38,746 nt of DNA from a virus. The notes below the pieces were generated by a model, which was not told where the DNA came from, did not search any database, and saw only the letters and a program-made list of their open reading frames with translations. Location: the IMG/VR virus record IMGVR_UViG_3300045988_141642. One strand, 5' to 3'. The translations under genes were made by a program, and so were the position numbers. This document shows positions 29,443-37,500 of the stretch, piece by piece; position 1 is the stretch's first letter; each line of letters starts with the position of its first letter.

Positions 29443-30872
29443 AATATGCAGCGGCATATATCCGCGTAAGTGACGACCGGCAAGACGAGTACAGCCCGGA
29501 CAGCCAGCTTAAGCTCATTCGTGAGTACGCCGGCAGAAACGGCTACTGCGTGCCGGATGAATATGTGTTCTATGACGATGGTATCTCCGGGCGCAGCGTA
29601 AAGAAGCGCAAGGCGTTCAATGATATGATCGCCTTTGCAAAAAGCAAGGAGCACCCATTTCAGGCAATTCTTGTATGGAAATTCAGCCGGTTTGCCCGCA
29701 ACCAGGAAGAAAGCATCGTATATAAGTCCATGCTGCGGCGCATCGGCGTGTCGGTGATCTCCATATCCGAGACCATAGACGACTCGCCCTTTGCCCCGCT
29801 GATCGAGCGCATTATAGAATTCATGGACGAGTATTACAGCACCCGCCTGTCCCAGGAAGTGACCCGGGGCATGACGGAAAAGGCAAGCCGTGGCGAAGCC
29901 ATGAGCGCCGGTGCCTTTGGCTACGACCTTCAAAACAAGGTGTTCACACCCAACGAGGACGCACCCACCGTGCGGTACATCTTTAATGCTTTTCTGTCCG
30001 GTAAAGGCTACCGTAAGATCGCCATGGAGCTGGACGCCATGGGCGTAAAAACCTACCGAGGCAACCCGCCGGACAACCGCTTTGTGGAGTACATACTGAT
30101 GAACCCGGTGTATGCGGGTAAAATCCGCTGGAGCACAGACGGCAGAGCCTCCAGAGACCGGTACAAGGGCGATAACAGCAAGGTTATGTATGTGGACGGC
30201 AAGCACCAGCCGATCATAGATCAAGACACATTCGATCAAGTACAGGAGAAGATCATGGAACAGAAAAGACGGTATGGCAAATGGCAGCGCAAGGAGCAGC
30301 CGGTTGCATTCATGCTGAAAGGCCTTTTACGCTGCGACACCTGCGGTGCCACGCTCACCTATATTGCCGCCAGGGACCCCGCCGTGCAATGCCACAACTA
30401 CGCCCGGGGCAAGTGCAAGGTATCGCACTACCTATCCCTACGCAAGGCCAACGCTGCGGTGATTGCTGCCATTGAGAAGTCCCTGGAGACCCTGGAATTT
30501 AATGTGCTTCCAAAGGAGCAGCTGCAAAACGAAGTGGTAGACTACTCACTACTCATTCGCAAGGAAGAAGATAAGATCAAGCGGGCCAGTGATGCCTACG
30601 ATGCCGGGTATGACACACTGGAAGAGTATGGACGCAAAAAGCGGGCATTTCAAAATAAGATTGAAACACTCAAAGCCGAACAGGCCAAGGCCGAGAAGCA
30701 GCAAAGTAGCGAAATTCCGCCCCAGTTCGTACAGCAAGCCAGTTTTGTGCTGGATTTGATAAAGTCTCCGGATACAGCGGAAAGTGTCAAGAACGAAGCC
30801 CTGCGTTCCATTGTAGATCACATCACATTCAAAAAACCGGACAACACACTGGAGATATTCTACTATATTTGA
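29439..30872 (+). CDS. int: Large serine recombinase (phage integrase)
   Basis: 477 aa. The N-terminal resolvase domain has a catalytic-Ser context AAYIRVSDDRQ. It also has a recombinase domain, a zinc-ribbon (CDTCGATLTY...CHNYARGKCKVSHY) and a C-terminal coiled coil. Confidence 0.95.
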   Translation: MKYAAAYIRVSDDRQDEYSPDSQLKLIREYAGRNGYCVPDEYVFYDDGISGRSVKKRKAFNDMIAFAKSKEHPFQAILVWKFSRFARNQEESIVYKSMLRRIGVSVISISETIDDSPFAPLIERIIEFMDEYYSTRLSQEVTRGMTEKASRGEAMSAGAFGYDLQNKVFTPNEDAPTVRYIFNAFLSGKGYRKIAMELDAMGVKTYRGNPPDNRFVEYILMNPVYAGKIRWSTDGRASRDRYKGDNSKVMYVDGKHQPIIDQDTFDQVQEKIMEQKRRYGKWQRKEQPVAFMLKGLLRCDTCGATLTYIAARDPAVQCHNYARGKCKVSHYLSLRKANAAVIAAIEKSLETLEFNVLPKEQLQNEVVDYSLLIRKEEDKIKRASDAYDAGYDTLEEYGRKKRAFQNKIETLKAEQAKAEKQQSSEIPPQFVQQASFVLDLIKSPDTAESVKNEALRSIVDHITFKKPDNTLEIFYYI

Positions 30873-30961
30873 TGGATTTTCAACCGCATTTTCCGCCACG
30901 AATTGAAAAATAAGTGCGATTTTTGGCTTAACACCGTCATTTACTGTCCATATTTTGACTC

Positions 30962-31005
30962 TATATCTAAATGCAATACAGTCCTCTTTATTGCATTTAG
31001 ATATA
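30962..31005. repeat. Perfect 17-bp inverted repeat with 10-bp spacer; attP core candidate
   Basis: tatatctaaatgcaata-cagtcctctt-tattgcatttagatata, 90 nt downstream of the integrase stop. Confidence 0.85.
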
Positions 31006-31017
31006 ATTAGTATAGAT

Positions 31018-31052
31018 AAAGGCCGAACAGTCTTGTAAACTGCCCGGCCTTT
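31018..31052. terminator. Bidirectional hairpin between the integrase and the 54-aa ORF
   Basis: AAAGGCCG...CGGCCTTT with an inner CAG/CTG pairing. T-rich runs follow on both strands. Confidence 0.5.
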
Positions 31053-31054
31053 TC

Positions 31055-31219
31055 TCACATCAGCATTGTCGATATTGGAATTATGCGGATAATGTCACCA
31101 TTTTGGGCTTTAATGCCAACAGAAAGTTGTTTGTAACGCAGTCCATCATCCACTAAAACAGCTTCGATGATCACATAGTCCGCAGTTTCAACCAAATCTT
31201 TGGTATCTTCCACAATCAT
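31055..31219 (-). CDS. 54-aa protein in a self-contained transcription unit (moron-like)
   Basis: Below the track cutoff and translated by hand: MIVEDTKDLVETADYVIIEAVLVDDGLRYKQLSVGIKAQNGDIIRIIPISTMLM. RBS is AAAGGAGGAATGAAAA-ATG. It has its own promoter and flanking terminators. Confidence 0.6.
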   Translation of the reverse strand: MIVEDTKDLVETADYVIIEAVLVDDGLRYKQLSVGIKAQNGDIIRIIPISTMLM

Positions 31220-31242
31220 TTTTCATTCCTCCTTTGTTTTTC

Positions 31243-31272
31243 GTTATACTACAACGAGACAATGATTGTCAA
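31243..31272 (-). promoter_or_regulatory. Promoter for the 54-aa ORF (TTGACA-18-TATAAC)
   Basis: On the minus strand TTGACA is at 31272..31267 and TATAAC at 31248..31243. Confidence 0.55.
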
Positions 31273-31310
31273 TACCTTTCACTAATATTAAGTAAAAAAA
31301 GCATATATGA

Positions 31311-31339
31311 AAAAGCCCATCGGATAACCGGTGGGCTTT
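31311..31339 (-). terminator. Intrinsic terminator ending the late/lysis operon (bidirectional shape)
   Basis: The stem GCCCATCGG-ATAA-CCGGTGGGC has one G-U pair and is flanked by A5 and T3. On the minus strand it is followed by TTTTTCAT, just after the endolysin stop. Confidence 0.75.
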
Positions 31340-31344
31340 CTGTT

Positions 31345-32262
31345 TCACTTAATAAATTTATGATTGTCTGCGCATTCCCAGATACACAGCCAGCCGGAGG
31401 GGCAGCGTGCCCACAGGTTGCCGGTGGAGAGCAGCTTGGTCTCCAGCACAGTGATGGTGGTGCCTGCACGAAACATAGCGTCTGCTTTTGACTTGCTGCT
31501 TGTAGCGTGTCGCCGGCCGTCCGTGGTCAGGTCCTTGACCTTCTTGCGGCCGGTGGCTGCACCTGCGCCCTTGTAAATGCCTCGCACTGCTGTGGTGGTA
31601 TATGTACCCGGCTTAATGGTGGGCGCCTTAGGGCTTGCTTTACGGTAATTCACATCGTTTTCCGCATAGACAGTCTTGGCACCCTTAGCATTTGCAAACA
31701 GCCAAATACCGCTGATGTCCGAAGCCAACGCTCCGGGTTGCACATACACTTCTCTGGCGTTTTTGACTTTGGTGTACTTCCTGCGGTTGGCGGTCATGGT
31801 GAACTTGCCATCATACCAGTACGGATCCAGCACGATCAGGTTACCGGCCTTGTCCAGGCCGCCTACATATACATAATGGCCGCCATTGGAGAACAGTTGC
31901 TTGCCGCCACCGGATACGCACACAATGGCTTTGCCCCCGCTTTTCAGGTGCTTTTTCAGCTCGGTTGCCGTTTTGACCCGCTTGCTCACAATGGAGTAGT
32001 GCTTTTCCAGGTATGCAGCCACCTTGTCCATATCTGTGCCGTCTGCGGACCGTGCGCCCATCAGTAGGCACTTCTGTGTCCAAGCTACCGTGTCTAAGCT
32101 GGTAAAGCCGAAGTTATGGAGCACCATGAGACTGGCACACACCCCACAGCCACTTGTGTAGATACAGCCTCTGGTGCCGTATTTATATGTGTGGGTCTTG
32201 CTGGGGTATCTGATAGATTTGCACTTTTCGGTGGTCTGCCGGCAGTAATACAGCTTACTCAT
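31345..32262 (-). CDS. Endolysin: papain-like (C39-like) cysteine peptidase plus C-terminal SH3-like binding domain
   Basis: The ATG at 32262 overlaps the holin stop (ATGAGTAA). The catalytic-Cys context is TSGCGVCASLMVLHNFG and the His context is NGGHYVYVGGLDKAGNLIVLDP. The C-terminus is ...LWARCPSGWLCIW. Confidence 0.8.
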   Translation of the reverse strand: MSKLYYCRQTTEKCKSIRYPSKTHTYKYGTRGCIYTSGCGVCASLMVLHNFGFTSLDTVAWTQKCLLMGARSADGTDMDKVAAYLEKHYSIVSKRVKTATELKKHLKSGGKAIVCVSGGGKQLFSNGGHYVYVGGLDKAGNLIVLDPYWYDGKFTMTANRRKYTKVKNAREVYVQPGALASDISGIWLFANAKGAKTVYAENDVNYRKASPKAPTIKPGTYTTTAVRGIYKGAGAATGRKKVKDLTTDGRRHATSSKSKADAMFRAGTTITVLETKLLSTGNLWARCPSGWLCIWECADNHKFIK

Positions 32263-32521
32263 GGTGTACAGCCTCGCTTTCTGCCGTCTCCGTCCGTTCC
32301 AGCGCCAGTGTCTCATCTGCTTTCAAAGCGGCCTTGGTAAAGCTGTTGTTCTTCCACCATGCGGCCAGGGAAGCCGCCACGGCTACCACCGTTGACACGG
32401 CGGTGTACACCTCATCGTCACTGAACGGCAAGGGGTTCTTGCCAAAGGCATTGAGCAATACATTCAGCAGAGATACCGCCAGAACGGCGGTTCTTGCAAT
32501 GGTTCCTGCGGTTACTTTCAT
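32255..32521 (-). CDS. Holin
   Basis: 88 aa with two hydrophobic helices and the WWKNNSFTKAA string typical of a Firmicutes phage holin family. It lies immediately upstream of the endolysin. Confidence 0.85.
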   Translation of the reverse strand: MKVTAGTIARTAVLAVSLLNVLLNAFGKNPLPFSDDEVYTAVSTVVAVAASLAAWWKNNSFTKAALKADETLALERTETAESEAVHHE

Positions 32522-32524
32522 TTT

Positions 32525-32881
32525 TTAGTCCTCCTTTTGTTGCGGCTCCTCCGGGAGCGCGATAATTTCATTATAAAATCTGGTCATCATTCCATTGCCG
32601 CCAAGCGCATGATAGGCGTCGTAGACCTTGACCATAGCTTCCTTGGCATAGAGCGGGCAGTAGCGCCGCTCAGTATGCTTTTCGTGCTGCCGTATGATCT
32701 CGGCACGCAATATGGACTGCAAGCCGTTTTCAATAGCTATGTACCGGGCTGTGGTGACTTCGTCCATTGCTTTCTTGCTCTTTTTCTTTGCAATCAATGA
32801 AGCAATCACAGCGGACACGGCACTGCCGACAACCGTTGACACGGCAGCAGTCAGGGCGGCGGTGAGAAATGCGTTATACAT
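32525..32881 (-). CDS. N-terminally membrane-anchored protein (118 aa), lysis-module associated
   Basis: The ATG at 32881 (MYNAFLTAALTAAVSTVVGSAVSAVIASLIA...) has GGGGGTGAG upstream and overlaps the preceding stop. The track N-terminal extension looks non-coding. Confidence 0.7.
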   Translation of the reverse strand: MYNAFLTAALTAAVSTVVGSAVSAVIASLIAKKKSKKAMDEVTTARYIAIENGLQSILRAEIIRQHEKHTERRYCPLYAKEAMVKVYDAYHALGGNGMMTRFYNEIIALPEEPQQKED

Positions 32882-33056
32882 CGGTCTCACCCCCTTGCAG
32901 GGCGTTGATCTCGGCTCGGTACGCAGCCCGCTGCCGGCGGATCGGTGCGTACTCCTCCTCAGACAAGGCTCCATCCGTGTACTTCAGACAGAGGTAATCC
33001 GTCTCCGCCAGCTCGGACTTCAAAAACGCAATGCGGCTTTCTGTCTCCACATTCAT
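32874..33056 (-). CDS. Small fibre-adjacent protein (60 aa)
   Basis: ATGA overlap with the tail fibre stop. ...KSELAETDYLCLKYTDGALSEEEYAPIRRQRAAYRAEINAL resembles the short proteins that follow tail fibre genes in Firmicutes phages. Confidence 0.65.
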   Translation of the reverse strand: MNVETESRIAFLKSELAETDYLCLKYTDGALSEEEYAPIRRQRAAYRAEINALQGGETDV

Positions 33057-34495
33057 TTTGCCACCCCCAATATTTCAACTTGCGTGCCTGCACCAATTGT
33101 TCGTCCATTGGTTGGGAAACCTAACGACTTAATCGCGCCGTGAGCCTCCACATCCTTGAATATGTTGAAGTTAACCTTGTTGCTAAGCCATATACAGCCT
33201 TTTTCCATGACATCAGCTGGGTTGAAGCCACTTGACTTATCTGATTTGTTTTGCATTACACGCACCATGTCAGCAGTCAATTCAACCTCTGCAACAACGA
33301 AGCTTCCCTTATCTTTTGCAACATCGAAACGAAACGCATTGGGTATGTAAGTCTCAGATGTGTACGAATTCAAATATACAGTTTGGTCTCCGGCACTACT
33401 ATTGGTAGTAGTTCCAACGCTAACCATGCGCAACTTAATTTTTCTGCACGGCTTAGACAAAATCCAGTTTTGCTTGTCCGTTGTATCGGCGTCAAATGTT
33501 TTGGTGAACACGGTCTCCCAGGTTTCAACACCAGATGCGCCGGGTTCACCGGGATCCCCCTTATCTCCCTTGTCGCCTTTGGCACCATCACTACCGTTCA
33601 CGCCGTCTTTGCCTGCGGCACCTGTATCGCCCTTGGGGCCTACGACCTCACCCAGAAGTACAGTCGTACCGTCTGTGTAAGTGATCTGTAGTTCTCCGTC
33701 TTCTGTGATCTGTGCATCGGTGATACCAATGCCATCCGCACCGGCAGGTCCTTGCGCGCCGGTGTCGCCCTTTACACCCTTTGCACCACGTGGCCCCTTA
33801 ACATTACCCAAGTTATCCTCTTCGCCGTCAGAATACTCCAGTTGCAGTTCTCCATTGTCATTCACCCATGCGGTATTGATACCACGACCGTCCGTACCAT
33901 TTTTACCGGGGGCACCATCCGCACCTGGCGCTCCATCTTTGCCGTCCGTGCCAGGAATGCCCTGCGGCCCGGCTGCTCCATCTTGCACGGTGAAAGTCCT
34001 GGTGCTGTTATCACCGAATGTGACCGTATAGGTGTGTACACCGTTAGCCACACTCTCTGTGATGCCTGCGATCTGACTCTTCATTGTATCTGCCAGGGCC
34101 TTGGTCAGAGCGGATAGTTCATCACTCTGCGATAGGGCTCTATCACTGTAAATAGGTGCGCTGGACACCACTTGCAACTGCGGAGAATACAGTACCGCAC
34201 CATCTGCATCCTGTACACGGATGTTGGCAGTATGTGTGTTGGCACACTCAGTAGCCGTCAGTTCGTGAATGATACGCCCGCCTTCCAGCCGACACTCACC
34301 TAACACTGGACTATTATTGATCATCGAGTAATAAGCAGCTGTTACCTCGCCGGATTGCATATCCAGCGGAACGCCGCCCACATTCAGCGAAATGCACAGC
34401 TCTCTTGACGCCTGGTCTCCGCCGGTCACATATACCGTTTCCTGCAAACCGGGTCTGCACACATCAAGAGATATATACATCTGTACTTTGTTCAT
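33053..34495 (-). CDS. Tail fibre/receptor-binding protein with BppU-like N-terminus and three collagen-like Gly-X-Y blocks
   Basis: The ATG at 34495 has GAGAGGTGAG upstream. Gly-X-Y runs include GPQGIPGTDGKDGAPGADGAPGKNGTDGRG, GPRGAKGVKGDTGAQGPAGADG and GPKGDTGAAGKDGVNGSDGAKGDKGDKGDPGEPGASG. Confidence 0.85.
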   Translation of the reverse strand: MNKVQMYISLDVCRPGLQETVYVTGGDQASRELCISLNVGGVPLDMQSGEVTAAYYSMINNSPVLGECRLEGGRIIHELTATECANTHTANIRVQDADGAVLYSPQLQVVSSAPIYSDRALSQSDELSALTKALADTMKSQIAGITESVANGVHTYTVTFGDNSTRTFTVQDGAAGPQGIPGTDGKDGAPGADGAPGKNGTDGRGINTAWVNDNGELQLEYSDGEEDNLGNVKGPRGAKGVKGDTGAQGPAGADGIGITDAQITEDGELQITYTDGTTVLLGEVVGPKGDTGAAGKDGVNGSDGAKGDKGDKGDPGEPGASGVETWETVFTKTFDADTTDKQNWILSKPCRKIKLRMVSVGTTTNSSAGDQTVYLNSYTSETYIPNAFRFDVAKDKGSFVVAEVELTADMVRVMQNKSDKSSGFNPADVMEKGCIWLSNKVNFNIFKDVEAHGAIKSLGFPTNGRTIGAGTQVEILGVAK

Positions 34496-34524
34496 GTTCT
34501 CACCTCTCATTGAGTATAGCAAAA

Positions 34525-34549
34525 GGGGGGCGACTTTCGTCACCCCCCC
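34525..34549 (-). terminator. G/C-tract hairpin terminator, paralog 3 of 3
   Basis: On the minus strand GGGGGGGTGAC-GAAA-GTCGCCCCCC is followed by TTTTGCT. It lies between the giant ORF stop (34559) and the fibre start (34495). Confidence 0.75.
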
Positions 34550-34558
34550 GATTGCGGG

Positions 34559-37500
34559 TTATTTGCTTTTCAGCCAGGCGTTAGTACGGTTATAGATCTC
34601 GTCTGCCGTGTACAGTCCGGTGTTGTACATCTTCTGTCGAATATTTCGGCGGGTGGTTTCATCGCCCTTAATGTACTTATCCTTGTACGCAGCGGTAATG
34701 CGGCTCTTAATATAAGCACCGTCTTTGCCCGCTTTTCCGGCTTTCTCAAGCTGTGAGATAATGCTTTTCACTTTGCCGGAACTGGTATCCATAGCCTTGA
34801 CCACATCGGAGCTGCTGTACGGTATGCCGGTCTTGTTGGTATGGCCCTTAGCCATCGTTGCCACTTCATCCATCGTGAAGTAGTCATCCGAAGCAATGGC
34901 CCGCACATTCGCCTCGTATGTATCAAACGCGCCAACCTTATAGGCTTCCGCAGCACGCAGCAGCCGTTCATCCGACTTGGCGAACTCTCGGCGTATGGCC
35001 TTGTCCACCATATCCTCGGCCTTGTCCTTGGTATAGCCGTTCTTGACAGCCGTGTTTATCAGGTCTTGGCGCATACGCTTGGTGCCAGAGTTGTCATTCT
35101 TACTGATCGCCAACGCCACATCGCTGTAATCATAGCGCGACTTCAATTTGCCCTTAGGCTCATTGCTGGTGTCTACATGATCGCTCACATACTTCTCCAG
35201 CGCCTTGGCATCAAAGCCGGTGGCTACCACTTGGTCGAACTTCTCCTTGTACTCCGCCTTATACTCTTCTGTGCCGTCGTCATTCTCCTTGGCCGTGACT
35301 AATGCCTTGGCGGCGGACTCAATACCATCTACTGCCTTAACGGCGATCTCGTCACTAAAGCCCAGCTTGATAATATCTTGCAGCCGAGCATCAAAGCCGT
35401 CATAGTCACCCTCCAAATGAGCCTGCGCAGCCTTGCCGGCATTCTGGTCATTGGCCTTGACCGCAGCCACCAGCATACGGTTAAAGGTCTCATCGTCTCC
35501 GGCCTCTCGCTGCATACGATCAACGATCTCCTGATCGCCGGTAGATACAGCCTTATAGAGCTTTGCAGACTTGTCTGTATCCGGGAACATCTCAATGCCG
35601 AACTTCTCCAGCAAATCATCAATGAGCAGCTGGCCCTTCATCTCGTCATTAAACACTTCCTTGGTGCCGGTTGCGCCGGTGTGCATATCCAATGTGGCCT
35701 TGTGGATCACATTGAATACAGATTGCACATCCCGAGCTACGTTCTTGTATGGCAGACCGACAAAGGCGGACAAGGCGCCGGCCAAGCGGTTGATCTTCTG
35801 GCCAGTGCTGATGGTGTCACTGTCCATAGCTTGAACAGCATCACGCAGATCTATGAGCAGGTTCATATCTGCCCGGCTCACATCGTAGCCCATAAATATA
35901 GAGATTGCATCTTTCAGCATCGGAAGTTGTCCTGCCGGGTTCAAATTGCTCCACATATTCGGCAGCAGCTGACCGAGGTACACTTCCAGGTAAGTCTTGT
36001 CGTCATCATCGTCTCGTGCTGCTGTAACGATAGACTGAAGAATAGAGTTGAGCGCCGCAGCTGCCACAAGCGATCCAACAACCCTTGCGCCATAGGACTT
36101 GGGGGCATTTCCGTTCTTCACCTGGTACACAGCGTCCACCAGCATGTTCAGAGAAGTGGTAGGCTCAGCCATGAAGGCCGTTGCCATCTTCATAGCGTTA
36201 TCAGACGAACGCATCATACCCGATCGGGAAAATACAGAGTCATACACTTGGGTGCGGTCTACTACTTCAGAGAACCGTTCCCCGGCCTTCTGGTATGCAG
36301 CCTCACCGGTCAGGTGAAAATCTGTTTTGGCCTCGTGTACGCAGGCATTCCAGATATGTGCCCAGGTCAGTTCATCCGCCTTTTCCGGCAACGCAGACAG
36401 CACGCTGTCCCGGTAGTCGCTGTCCGTGACCAGCGCTCGCAGCTTTTTGCCAAAGCCGCGCGGCTTGTCTGAGTTGATCCAGTCCGTGGCCGTCTTGCCC
36501 ATTCCGGTATCAAAATAGCCCATCTCCTTGACAATAGCCACCGGGGCGTACTTTTTCAGCTGCGCATAATCCCGCTTGCTAACAGTCGTGGCCACAAAAT
36601 GCTTAGCCGGAATCACTGCCATCGCTCTGGCGATCGCAGATGGCTGCTGGATAGCCACAGAAGCAGACGCAAACACGGCACCCTTCTTGAACAGACTGAT
36701 ACCCTTGTTCACATACCGTGAGCCATTGTCCGGTCGCACACCGCCGTTCAGGTCTCGGATGAATTGCTCAATATACCGTTTGGACTCCGTGTCCATATAG
36801 CCACGCACCGCCTGCGATACCGTACCGTTTTCGCCAACCTGGGTGTGGTAGTTGTACACCCGCTGGAAGTCCTCCAGCGGCAGCGTGAACGCATGATACA
36901 ACGCCATATCATTTACATGATTGGCCCACACATCATCGAAAGACGAAATGACCAGGGCATTGTTGGCGTGTACATTCAGCTGATTTGTAAAGCCGCTGTT
37001 CTTGATCTTGGCGTCACCATTGGCCTTGTCCTGAATATACTGCACATAATCACCGGCGGAACGCATGGGGATATAGTCGCTGTCCGTAAACAGGTCCATA
37101 TCGTACATCACCCGAGATACCTCGTTGCCCTTAGCGCCCATTGTATCTGCCAAATAGCGCTGCATATCCTGGGCGTAGGCTTTCTGCTCCTTGGTGAGCA
37201 TATCCGTGGCCTTGGCAATGTCTTCCACGGTCAGCGGGTGTGCCGTGTTGTCCGTCAGCTCCACAATGCGCTTGCCCCGCTTGGAGCGGGTAGATACCTT
37301 GTCAAACACCATACCGCCCTGGGTCAAGTGCTGCATTGCCGGTTCGCGCCGACTGAGCGCATACAAATAGAGCAGCTGCTGCAAATTGAATTTCAGCTTT
37401 TCGCCGTACTGGGTATCCAAAGTAAAGGTCCTTTTTGGGTTCCAGTTGTAGGCATGGTACTTCTCTTTCAATCGCTGAGAATACTGCCGCGCATCGTAGC

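Noticed and set aside
29367-30239. 290-aa minus-strand ORF
   Set aside because: It is antisense to the N-terminal half of the serine integrase, whose catalytic motifs are unambiguous.
30549-31058. 169-aa minus-strand ORF overlapping the integrase 3-prime end
   Set aside because: It runs antisense through the integrase C-terminus, the 17-bp inverted repeat and the terminator hairpin. It has no RBS. The real small gene in this area is the 54-aa ORF at 31055..31219, in a different frame.
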